Assembly (NCBI GenBank): GCA_035471925.1
Contig: DATIPO010000065.1
Location: 9,340-73,339, forward strand
Length of the DNA: 64,000 nucleotides
Origin: Acidobacteriota bacterium
GTDB taxonomy: Bacteria; Acidobacteriota; UBA6911; RPQK01; DATIPO01
Direction: 5' to 3'
The position numbers and the translations under genes were made by a program. The notes beneath the pieces were generated by a model. The model ran no database searches and was not told where the DNA came from. It was given only the letters and a program-made list of their open reading frames with translations. Positions 27,517-36,248 of this stretch are shown here, in pieces; position 1 is the first letter of the stretch; each line of letters opens with the position of its first letter.

Positions 27517-30314
27517 GCCGCAAGCCTGAAAGGGCCAAGCCCGACCGAGCGTCCGCGCCTGAGAGCCCAGGGGCCCCTCTGCCGGGCTGGATGGAAGCCT
27601 ACTACCGTGTTCTCTTGCGGCTCTATCCCGTGTCTTTCCGGCGGCGCTTCGGCAGCGAAATGAAGACGCACTTCCGCCATCTGGCGGCGGATCGCCTCTC
27701 CCGTCGGGGCCGGCTGAGGGGAGGATTGGGCGTCCTTTGGCGCATGACGTCGGATTCTCTGCGGGGCGCCGCCCGCCTTCACTGGAGCGGCAGGAGGGGC
27801 CAGCCTTCCTCGGCGTCGGGCCGCTCCCCGGGCACCCGGACGGGTTGGCTGGGCGACATCCGCTACTCTTTGCGCTCGTTGCGCAGGCGTCCGCTGTGGA
27901 CGCTTTCGATTCTCTTGCTTCTAGCCTTGGGAATCGGCGCCAACGCCGCCATCTTCAGCACCGCCCGCTCCATCCTGCATGCTCCGTTGCCCTTCCCCGG
28001 TTCTGAGCGCCTGATGCTGGTCGAGAACCTGCACGAAGGCCGCACGGGTCCTCAGGTGGCCTACCAGGACTTCCAGGACATCGTGGAACAAACCCCCTCC
28101 TTGGAGAGCGGCGGTCTGGCCCTGTGGTACGCGGGGACGCTCCAGCATCACCAGCGGGCCGAGCGTCTGGACGGCTTTCAGGTCACGCCGGGGTTCTTTC
28201 GCGCCCTGGCCGCCGACTTCGCATTGGGATCGAATTTCAGCGACCAGGAGGCGGCCCGGGACCAAACAGTCATCATCAGCCACCGGCTGTGGCAGAGCCG
28301 CTTCGGAGGAACCCCCGACATTCTGGGGCGGGAAGTGGTCATAGACGGACGGCCGCGGAGCGTGATCGGAGTCCTGGCGCCTGGAGTCGATCTGCCCTAT
28401 CCGCGCAGCGGCAACGACTTGTGGCTGCCTCTGAACCGGGACCACCAGTTGGCCCAAAGCCGCGCCGTGTTCACCTTCTTCGCCTTCGTCCGGCTCAGGC
28501 CAGGGGCCTCGCTTGAAGCTTTGCGCCAGGAGTTGCGGACGGTGGCTTTGCGACTTCAGGAGGCCTATCCCGAGACCAACGCCGGACGATTCTACGTCGC
28601 CCGTCCCCTGCTGGAGGCGGCGGTGGGAGACGTCCGCCCGTCGCTTTGGCTGCTCTACGCCGCCGTCACGGTCCTGCTGCTGCTGGTGTGCGCCAATGTG
28701 GCCAACCTCTTGCTGGCCCGCTTCAGCGTCCGCCGCCACGAAGTGGCTTTGCGGGCGGCTCTGGGGGCCGGACGTTGGCGCCTGATGGCTCAGTTTCTGT
28801 GGGAGAGCCTGCTGCTCTCTGCCTCTGGAGCCGCTGCTGGACTCCTGCTGGCGCTGGGACTCGTGCGTTTGCTGCCTCTGCTGGCTCCGCCCGGAGTGCC
28901 CCGATTGGAAGAGGTCGCGCTGAGTTCCGACGTCCTGCTCTATGCCTGCGCGCTGGCCCTCCTGACGGGACTCGTCTTCGGACTGGCACCGGCCTGGAAA
29001 GCCGGGCGGACGCAAGCTCGCCGCTCTCTGGCCCAAGCCCATCCGCGAGGCTCAGGGGGCGCTTCGGGAGGCCTGCGAAGTGGACTTGTGGTGGCCGAAC
29101 TGGCGCTGGCCCTGACCCTCACTGTGGCGGCCGGACTGCTGCTGACCAGCATGGCGCAAGTGCTAAACCAGCCGCCCGGATTCCGCGTCGACTCCACCTT
29201 GACCTGGCGGCTTTCTCTGCCGCCCGACCAGTATCCCGATTTCGCCAGCATTCTGGACTTTCAACGCCGGCTGGCCGAGGGCATCGAATCCTTGCCGGGG
29301 GCACGCCGGTTGGCCTTCTCCACCAGCCTGCCCTTGAGCGGACACGACACCGGCTCGTCGCTGACTATCGAAGGACGGCCGGCAGTTCCCATCGCCGAGT
29401 TGCCCAGCGTGCGCTGGCAGGCCATCTCTCCGGGGGGATTCCGCGCGGCCGGAATCCAGTTGCTGGAAGGACGGACCTTTGGGCCGGCAGACCTCGGGAC
29501 TCAGTCGGTCCGAAGTTCCAATTCCCAAGGGTCCAACTCACAAGGGGCGGGCTCAGACTCTTCCGATGAGAACTCGCAGGAGCGGCACTTGGTGGTTGTC
29601 AACCGGGCTTTGGCCGAGCGCCACTTCCCTGAGGGAGCCATCGGCCAGCGCATCCAACTGGGAATCCCCAACGGCGACTGGCACGAGATTGTCGGTGTGG
29701 TGGGCGATGTCCGTCACCGGACTCTCGATCAGGCCCCCGATCCGCGCGCCTATGATCTCTTCGGACAACACGGCAGCCGCAGCTTTTTCGCCCTCCTGCA
29801 AACCGACGTTCCGGCGGCTTCGCTGGCCGATGCGGTCCGCGCCGAGGTGGGCGGCTTGGATCCCATGCTGCCCGCCTATGACCTGCGCAGCATGCGTGAG
29901 CGCGTCACCGACAGCCTCTCCGGACGCCGCTTTCTCCTCACCCTGCTGGGGGGCTTTGCGCTGCTGGCTTTGGTCCTGTGCGCCATCGGCGTCTACGGAC
30001 TTCTGGCCTTCGTGGTGCAGGAAAGGCGGGGCGAGATCGGCATCCGCCTGGCTTTGGGCGCGCGTCCCGAGGACGTGCGGCGGCTGATGCTGGGTCGCGG
30101 TGCCTGGCTGGCCGTTGCAGGCATTCTCCTGGGATTGCCGGCTCTCTGGGCCGCCTCCCGCTATCTGGCGGGGAGGCTCTATCAGGTTTCAGCCGGCGAC
30201 CCGGTGATCGTGGCGCTCTCCTGCCTGTTGCTGCTGGTGGTGGCCTTGACCGCCACTTATTTCCCGGCCCGCCGCGCCTCCCTCCTCGATCCCCAGGAGA
30301 CGCTCAGGGAATGA
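27513..30314 (+). CDS. ABC-transporter permease, MacB-like with duplicated FtsX domains (ADOP family)
   Basis: 933 aa with two MacB_PCD+FtsX modules (LRSLRRRPLWTLSILLLLALGIGANAAIFS...). Preceded by a PadR gene. Confidence 0.85.
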   Translation: MSRKPERAKPDRASAPESPGAPLPGWMEAYYRVLLRLYPVSFRRRFGSEMKTHFRHLAADRLSRRGRLRGGLGVLWRMTSDSLRGAARLHWSGRRGQPSSASGRSPGTRTGWLGDIRYSLRSLRRRPLWTLSILLLLALGIGANAAIFSTARSILHAPLPFPGSERLMLVENLHEGRTGPQVAYQDFQDIVEQTPSLESGGLALWYAGTLQHHQRAERLDGFQVTPGFFRALAADFALGSNFSDQEAARDQTVIISHRLWQSRFGGTPDILGREVVIDGRPRSVIGVLAPGVDLPYPRSGNDLWLPLNRDHQLAQSRAVFTFFAFVRLRPGASLEALRQELRTVALRLQEAYPETNAGRFYVARPLLEAAVGDVRPSLWLLYAAVTVLLLLVCANVANLLLARFSVRRHEVALRAALGAGRWRLMAQFLWESLLLSASGAAAGLLLALGLVRLLPLLAPPGVPRLEEVALSSDVLLYACALALLTGLVFGLAPAWKAGRTQARRSLAQAHPRGSGGASGGLRSGLVVAELALALTLTVAAGLLLTSMAQVLNQPPGFRVDSTLTWRLSLPPDQYPDFASILDFQRRLAEGIESLPGARRLAFSTSLPLSGHDTGSSLTIEGRPAVPIAELPSVRWQAISPGGFRAAGIQLLEGRTFGPADLGTQSVRSSNSQGSNSQGAGSDSSDENSQERHLVVVNRALAERHFPEGAIGQRIQLGIPNGDWHEIVGVVGDVRHRTLDQAPDPRAYDLFGQHGSRSFFALLQTDVPAASLADAVRAEVGGLDPMLPAYDLRSMRERVTDSLSGRRFLLTLLGGFALLALVLCAIGVYGLLAFVVQERRGEIGIRLALGARPEDVRRLMLGRGAWLAVAGILLGLPALWAASRYLAGRLYQVSAGDPVIVALSCLLLLVVALTATYFPARRASLLDPQETLRE

Positions 30315-30320
30315 CTTCAG

Positions 30321-31076
30321 TTATGCCCCCAGCAGGTCGGCCGGTTCCCTCACAGGATGCAGGCGGATTTCCCGGGGCGCGGCCTTGTAGGCCAGGGCGG
30401 CGGCGAATCCTGGAGCCACTGACAAGTCGTGGAGCGTCCAGCGGCGGGCGGCTTCGGAGTCGTCCTCGACATGCAGCATGCGGGCTTCTTGACCGGGTTC
30501 GAGTGTGACCCGGAAGCTGTCTAGCGGAGCGGCCAGACCGTTGCCGACCGCCTTCAAATAAGCCTCCTTGCGCGTCCAGCAGAGGAAGAAAGCGTCTTCC
30601 CGCTGCCGGGCATCGAGCTTCATCAGTTCCTCGAACTCCTCGCGGCAGAAATAGCGCCGGGCGATGTCGCCGAGATCGGCAAGAGGACGGAAGACCTCCA
30701 GATCGGCCCCGATCTCGACCTCTCGGGCGAATGCGAAGAGGCCCAGTCCTCCCGAGTGGGAGAGATTGAAGCGCAGATTCGTGTCGCCCCTCAGGCAGGG
30801 CTTTCCCTTCGATCCGGTCCGGAAGGCGACGTCCTCGGCGGCGATGTCCAGATAACGGCCCAGCAGCGCCCGAAGCGCTCCTCGAGAGAGGGCGAAGGAA
30901 TCCCGCAGCCGCTGGAAGGCGAATCGGTCACGGCGAGCTCGCTCTTGGGCGTCCAGGACAGCGGCGAAGCACTCGATCACGGCTGCCGGAGCCTCCAGTC
31001 TCAGAGGCCACACGTCGATGCGGGCGGCATCCAAGTCAAAAGGAGGGTGGGTAGTGCTCACGGTTGGCTTCCTCAT
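30321..31076 (-). CDS. 4'-phosphopantetheinyl transferase (Sfp/EntD type)
   Basis: FNLSHSGGL and WTRKEAYLKAVG motifs. Confidence 0.75.
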   Translation of the reverse strand: MRKPTVSTTHPPFDLDAARIDVWPLRLEAPAAVIECFAAVLDAQERARRDRFAFQRLRDSFALSRGALRALLGRYLDIAAEDVAFRTGSKGKPCLRGDTNLRFNLSHSGGLGLFAFAREVEIGADLEVFRPLADLGDIARRYFCREEFEELMKLDARQREDAFFLCWTRKEAYLKAVGNGLAAPLDSFRVTLEPGQEARMLHVEDDSEAARRWTLHDLSVAPGFAAALAYKAAPREIRLHPVREPADLLGA

Positions 31077-31244
31077 CTCGACCTTGAGCAAGAACGGCCT
31101 GCTTGTCAAGAGGCTTGGCGATTTAAGTTGCTGTGCACGACAATAAGGCCTTGACTGCTGATGGCGGCTTAGCCTTCCACTGATCCTCAGCCCAGGGAGG
31201 GAAGGTGAATGAAGTTAGCTTAGCCAGCGTAGAATGGGATAGCC

Positions 31245-32195
31245 ATGACACTGCAGGAACTCAACGAGAAACTCTCGGAAACCCGCCGTCAACTGGCGCT
31301 GGCCGAGAAGAACCGGCGCGACCTCAGGGACATCCGTTCGCAACTTGGCGAAGAACTGCGCAGAGTCGAGCGGCTCGAGGCCGAGGTCCGAAAAGAGAGC
31401 CGCGACCTGGACCGTCTGGAAGGCTTGTCCTGGACGTCGCTGCTGGCCGACCTCAAGGGCGACAAAATGGAGAAGTTGGAGAAGGAGCAGAAGGAACTCC
31501 TCGAGGCCCGTCTCCGCTTGGAGGAGTGCAGCGACGGAGTGGCCAAGCTGCGCGCCCGCGAACGCGAGCTTCACAAGCGTTCCCAGTCGTTGGGAGATCC
31601 TCAGACCGAGTACGGCCAACTCCTCAAGCAAAAGCGCGCGATGCTCAAGGAGTCGGGACATCCTCAATTCGAGCGGCTGGCAGCTCTGGCCGAACAGCGG
31701 GGGAAATGGGAGGCCGACCGTCATGAACTGGACGAAGCTCTGACTTCGGGATCTCGGGCCGTGAGGGCTCTCAACCGCGCTCATGCCATGCTGGATAAGG
31801 CCGCCAACTGGGGGACCCTGGACATGCTGGGAGGCGGACTCATCTCGGGCCATATGAAGCATGCCAAGATCAACGAAGCCCGCCAGATCCTCTACCGGGC
31901 CCGGGATGCGCTGCGCCTCTTCAAGACCGAATTGCGGGATGTGCAGTTGCAGCAGGAGATCTCCGACACTCCCGAAATCAAAGTGCCCGGCGAACTGGTC
32001 GATCTGGTCTTCGACAATCTGCTGGTGGATTGGATGATCCAGTCCAAAATCCGCGGCGTCCAGACCCAGATTGGACTCTGTTCACGACGCCTCAAACGCG
32101 TCCTCAACCAACTGCGTAAACGGCGTGCTTGGACGGACTCCCAGCTCCGGGACCTGAGCCAGGAAGCCCGTTCGGTCTTAGAGCAGGCCGGCTGA
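31245..32195 (+). CDS. hypothetical coiled-coil protein
   Basis: 316 aa with heptad-rich charged segments (LEAEVRKESRDLDRLEG..., KLEKEQKELLEARLRLEE) and no recognisable catalytic motif. Confidence 0.55.
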   Translation: MTLQELNEKLSETRRQLALAEKNRRDLRDIRSQLGEELRRVERLEAEVRKESRDLDRLEGLSWTSLLADLKGDKMEKLEKEQKELLEARLRLEECSDGVAKLRARERELHKRSQSLGDPQTEYGQLLKQKRAMLKESGHPQFERLAALAEQRGKWEADRHELDEALTSGSRAVRALNRAHAMLDKAANWGTLDMLGGGLISGHMKHAKINEARQILYRARDALRLFKTELRDVQLQQEISDTPEIKVPGELVDLVFDNLLVDWMIQSKIRGVQTQIGLCSRRLKRVLNQLRKRRAWTDSQLRDLSQEARSVLEQAG

Positions 32196-32225
32196 CAGGC
32201 GGCCTGCTGCTTCGTCTCTTCATGC

Positions 32226-34952
32226 TCATTCCGCACCCAAGGCCTGCACAGGATCGATGCGCGTGGCGCGGCGGGCTGGAGTGTAGCAGGGGAGCAGCGC
32301 CAGCAGGAAGACGATCAAGGCCACCGCAACCAGGGTCAAGGGATCGGCGGGGCTGACGCCGAAAAGCAGCGAGGCCAGAAAGCGCGAGAGGATCAAAGAG
32401 GTGGCCATCCCCGCAACCAGTCCCAGGGCCGCCAGGGCCAGTCCCTGGCGCAGGATGAGGGCCCGGATGTTGGAGGGGCGTCCCCCCAGGGCCATGCGCA
32501 CGCCGATTTCCCGCGTCCTCTGAGTGACGAAGGCGGAAATGACGCCGTAGATGCCCACCGCCGCCAACAGCAGTCCCAAAGCGGCGAAGGCCGCCAGAAG
32601 CAGCATGGGATAACGTTTGGGGGCCAGATTGGACTCCACCGCCCGCTCCAGCGGACGGAGATTGAAGACCGGCAACTGAGGATCGGCTGCCTTGACGGCG
32701 GAACGGATTTCCTGGGCCATGAATTGGGGTGAAAGCCCTCCCTCGGCCACCAAGACCATGGAGCGCGGTCCGCCCGTTTGCGCCAGCGGCACGAAGACCT
32801 GGTCGGCGGGTTCCTGTCCTACGGACCGGCTTTGCAGGCCTTCCACCACGCCCACGATTTCCCGCCAGGGTCCCTCCTCGGAAGGGCCCACGCGCTTGCC
32901 TACGGCATCCTCATCGGGCCAGTATCTTTGGGCCACTTGGCGATTGACGATGATGGTCGGCAAGCTGGACGAATCGTCCTGGCGGGTGAATAGGCGGCCC
33001 TGCAGCAGGCGGACATCCAGGGTGCGGAAAAATCCGGGCGAGACGGTCTTGACCTCGGCGCCCGGCTGTTTGCTTCCGGGAGTGGGCGGCTGATCTTCGA
33101 TGTAGAAGGTGGCGGTGCCTTGAATGGGATCGAGGGGAAGCCAGTCGATGAATCCCGCCGAGGTGATGCCGGGGCGTCCGCCCAGATCGTCGAGCACCTG
33201 CTGAAACAGGGCATGGCGCTGGGCGGGCTGGGCGTATTGGGCGGCGGGCAGCGAGATCTCGGCGCTCATGCGTTGTTCCACCGAGAAGCCCGGATCGACC
33301 TCAACCAAGTGAAGGAAGCTGCGCAGCAGGAGGCCGGCTCCGGTCAGCAGCACCACCGCCAGGGCCACCTCGCCCACCACCAGCAGGCGGCGCAAACCCA
33401 GTCCTCCAACCGCTCCGCCGCGTCCCGACTGGTGCAGGGCCGGCGAGAGTTCCCGGCCCAGGATCTTCCAGGCGGGCAGGATGCCGGTCGCCAGTCCCGC
33501 GGCCAGCGACAGGGCTAGAGCGGCCAACAGGGTGGGGGTGTTGAGTCCGCTGTTGTCGATAAGGGGAAAGCCCTCTGGCGCGGAGGTCAGCAGCAGCCGA
33601 AGCAGGGCTGCGGCCAAGAGGACGCCGGCGGCTCCACCCACCAGGCAGAGCAGTAACGATTCTCCCAGCAGTTGTCGCAGCAGCCGCAGCGGAGGCGCTC
33701 CGAAAGAGGCCCGCACCGCCACTTCGCGCATCCGCAAAGAGGACTGTGCCAGTTGCAAATTGGCCACGTTCACGCAGGCGATCAGGAGCAGGCATCCCAC
33801 AGCGGCCAGAAGCATCCACAGCGGGGCGCGGACGTTGGCGGTGTAGCGCTCGCGGAAGGGCACCAGTTGAGCGCTCCAGTCCACCCGGCGCAGGAAGTCG
33901 GCTCGGGAGGGCACGGTGGCGATGACGTTGGCGGCGATGGCGTCCATTTCGGCTTCAGCCTCCTCAAAGGAGACATCGGGCCTCAGGCGTCCCAGGACCC
34001 GCAGAAACTCGTTCCCGCGCTGGGAATCTTGCCGATGCGCCAGTGTGAAGGCGGCGGGACGATAGAGGTCGACTTGCGAGGAGGGAAGGTCGAACCCCTG
34101 AGGCATCACGCCCAGGACGGTGTAGGGACGGCCGTCCAGATGCAATGTCCTGCCCAGGGCCTCGGTTTGGCCCCCGAAACGGCGCTGCCAGAATCCATAG
34201 GACAGCACCGCCACGTCGTCCTGGCCCGGCTGGTCGTGGGACTCGTCGAAGAAGGTTCCCAGCAGCGGGTTCATGCCCAACACCTCGAAGTAGCTGGCCG
34301 TAACCCGGGCGGCCTTGACCCGGACGGGCTCGCCTTCGCCGGTCAGGTTGACGTCGCGCGTCCAGTAGGCGGCCAGGCTCTCCAACGTGCCGCTCGATTC
34401 CACCCGGTCGAAGTAGTCGGGCACCGAGTTGGCGGAAGGGTTGCCCTCGTACTCGTTGTGAATCCACACCAGGCGTTCAGCCTGGGGATAGGGCAGCGGA
34501 CGCAGCAGAATGCCGTAGAAGACGCTGAAGACCGTGGCGGTGCCTCCGATCCCCAGTGCCAGGGTCACGATGGTCAGCAGGGCGAAGGTGCGCCGGCGCG
34601 AGATCAGGCGCAGTCCGTAGCGGAAATCCTGGGTCCATCCTTGCAGAAAACGAGACATGTCACTTCCTCCGTCGAGTTTCCCGGGCGAGGCGGGAAGGCG
34701 CTTGAGCCCGGAAAGCGGTCTTTCGATCTTGTGCAGCCGCATGCCGAGATTGGAATCGTCCAGATGAGCCAACGCTTCACGCCGGGCCGCCTTGACCGTG
34801 AGTCCCCGTTGCCGCGACTCGCGGTAGACGTCCTCCAGATGATCCGAGAGTTCGGCTGAGATCTCAGCTCGGCGCGGACCGCTCAATCCGTCCAGGTGAG
34901 GTTCGATGAAAGGCTTCCAATCAGGCATCTTGAAATCCCGTGACTTGGTCAA
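32226..34952 (-). CDS. ABC-transporter permease, MacB-like duplicated FtsX (ADOP family)
   Basis: 908 aa (FRYGLRLISRRRTFALLTIVTLALGIGGTATVFS...). TTG start with a GGAGG RBS; overlaps the 3' end of the upstream PadR gene. Confidence 0.85.
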   Translation of the reverse strand: MTKSRDFKMPDWKPFIEPHLDGLSGPRRAEISAELSDHLEDVYRESRQRGLTVKAARREALAHLDDSNLGMRLHKIERPLSGLKRLPASPGKLDGGSDMSRFLQGWTQDFRYGLRLISRRRTFALLTIVTLALGIGGTATVFSVFYGILLRPLPYPQAERLVWIHNEYEGNPSANSVPDYFDRVESSGTLESLAAYWTRDVNLTGEGEPVRVKAARVTASYFEVLGMNPLLGTFFDESHDQPGQDDVAVLSYGFWQRRFGGQTEALGRTLHLDGRPYTVLGVMPQGFDLPSSQVDLYRPAAFTLAHRQDSQRGNEFLRVLGRLRPDVSFEEAEAEMDAIAANVIATVPSRADFLRRVDWSAQLVPFRERYTANVRAPLWMLLAAVGCLLLIACVNVANLQLAQSSLRMREVAVRASFGAPPLRLLRQLLGESLLLCLVGGAAGVLLAAALLRLLLTSAPEGFPLIDNSGLNTPTLLAALALSLAAGLATGILPAWKILGRELSPALHQSGRGGAVGGLGLRRLLVVGEVALAVVLLTGAGLLLRSFLHLVEVDPGFSVEQRMSAEISLPAAQYAQPAQRHALFQQVLDDLGGRPGITSAGFIDWLPLDPIQGTATFYIEDQPPTPGSKQPGAEVKTVSPGFFRTLDVRLLQGRLFTRQDDSSSLPTIIVNRQVAQRYWPDEDAVGKRVGPSEEGPWREIVGVVEGLQSRSVGQEPADQVFVPLAQTGGPRSMVLVAEGGLSPQFMAQEIRSAVKAADPQLPVFNLRPLERAVESNLAPKRYPMLLLAAFAALGLLLAAVGIYGVISAFVTQRTREIGVRMALGGRPSNIRALILRQGLALAALGLVAGMATSLILSRFLASLLFGVSPADPLTLVAVALIVFLLALLPCYTPARRATRIDPVQALGAE

Positions 34953-35283
34953 GGGCCTCCACGAAGCGTTTCCAACTGCGCCGCTGGCTGGCCAACATTT
35001 CGCCGCCCTTGGGAGTCAGCCGGTAATAGCGCCGCCGCCGCTGACCCGCCTTTTCCACCCAGCGTCCTTTGAGCAGCCCCTGCTTTTCCATGCGGTAGAG
35101 GATGGGGTAGAGCGAGGCGGCATGAAAACTCAGTTCTCCGCCCGAGCGGGACTCGATCCTCTTGGCAATGTCGTAGCCGTGGCGCGCTTCGCTCTCCAAG
35201 ATCGAAAGGATCAGCAATTGGGTGCTGCCGCGCTTCAATTCACGTTCCAAGTCGCTTTTTGTTCCCATATGTGGTGTCACCAT
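34921..35283 (-). CDS. PadR-family transcriptional regulator
   Basis: STQLLILSILESEARHGYDIAKRIESRSGGELSFHAASLYPILYRMEKQGLL. An imperfect palindrome (atatggtgacaccacatat) spans the first codons. Confidence 0.8.
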   Translation of the reverse strand: MVTPHMGTKSDLERELKRGSTQLLILSILESEARHGYDIAKRIESRSGGELSFHAASLYPILYRMEKQGLLKGRWVEKAGQRRRRYYRLTPKGGEMLASQRRSWKRFVEALDQVTGFQDA

Positions 35284-35357
35284 ATATTAACTGGCGCTTG
35301 CCCCGCATGCCAAGCCTTCGACTCGGCCCTGTTTGATTTGGTTGTATGAAAAAATCC

Positions 35358-35386
35358 TTGACAGATGGAAGTCCGGCTGCTAGTCT
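35358..35386 (+). promoter_or_regulatory. Candidate sigma70 promoter (TTGACA-17-TAGTCT) driving a short transcript
   Basis: Good -35 box with 17-bp spacing, ~55 nt upstream of a 44-codon sORF and ~215 nt upstream of a strong terminator. Confidence 0.35.
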
Positions 35387-35600
35387 GCGTCTCCTTTTTG
35401 TTGAAGCAGGCTCTGAAGCCGCTCTTTGAAGACGGAGAAGAATGATGTTGAGAAGCGAATACCAACCCTTTCAGCAGATCGCGCGGGAGTGCAATCCCAG
35501 GGCCGACATGTGTCTGCATGGATTGGCTGGTCTTAGTTTTGCGACTCCAACCGTCTTCAGGGATCCGCCCGGATAGACCGGGTTGAATTCAGGTTTTTAG

Positions 35601-35637
35601 AGCCCCGAAGACGGCAGGTCTTCGGGGCTTTTTTTAT
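35601..35637 (+). terminator. Strong Rho-independent terminator
   Basis: agccccgaagac-ggcag-gtcttcggggct hairpin followed by TTTTTTTA. Confidence 0.75.
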
Positions 35638-35728
35638 GCATTGAAGTTTTCCCCGGATGTCTGGCCGACGGCGTTCCCTTCTGAGTTGAGGTCGGGGCGT
35701 TCCGTAACGGTTTCAAGAAAGGCATCCA

Positions 35729-35800
35729 CCGTCGATAGCTCAACGGTAGAGCACTGGACTTTGGATCCAGCGGTTGCGGGTTCGAATCCCGCTCGTTCAA
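35729..35800 (+). tRNA. tRNA-like element (anticodon loop CTTTGGA, so UUG/Gln-like); acceptor stem has 3 mismatches, probable pseudogene or relic
   Basis: Canonical D-arm (TA-GCTC-AACGGTA-GAGC), anticodon stem CTGGA/TCCAG and T-arm GCGGG-TTCGAAT-CCCGC. The 5' strand ccgtcga against the 3' strand tcgttca gives only 4 of 7 pairs. No CCA. Confidence 0.35.
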
Positions 35801-36248
35801 GTTGCCTGACAAGCAACCAACAGGCTCGAGAGAGCCACCGAAAGCGGCCGGGGGCGCGTGAGAACGGGAGACTCCAGCCGTCCGCAGAGGGCCGGACGGA
35901 AGCCATCGGGCTTCCCTGACGGCCTCTGTGGGTCGGCACTGCAGAGGAGGCCTAGAAGGCCAAGGGATACCGCCGTTTCCCAATCCGTGGCGGGCTGGGC
36001 GGACGGTGCTTTCGAAGTCTGGCACAGTGCCGGGACTCAGGAAGCGCCTAAAGCACGGTCCAAAGCGGGGAGTGAGGCGGCTCAACTTGGCCTCCGCCGC
36101 CGAAGCAGGGAGTTTCCGGGGATCGGCGCTCCCGGCTGTCAAAACTCGGCCGCCGGGTATCGACCGGAAAAGGTTTCCGCCGCCGCGGCTCCCGACCGCG
36201 GCAGCGGATGTAGCGAAAAGAGAACTTCGGGAGAAAGGAGCAGCAGCC

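Noticed and set aside
35729-35800. Calling the element a functional tRNA-Gln gene
   Set aside because: Acceptor stem pairs at only 4 of 7 positions (mismatches at 1-72, 2-71 and 4-69). Reported instead as tRNA-like or a probable pseudogene.
35641-36248. ORFs 35641..35919 (+), 35634..35939 (-), 35597..36250 (-) and the 5' extension of 35928..37376
   Set aside because: They overlap the tRNA-like element and a GC-rich leader. The SPFH gene has a clean RBS and ATG at 36249. The extensions have Arg/Pro/Gly-rich shadow-frame composition.
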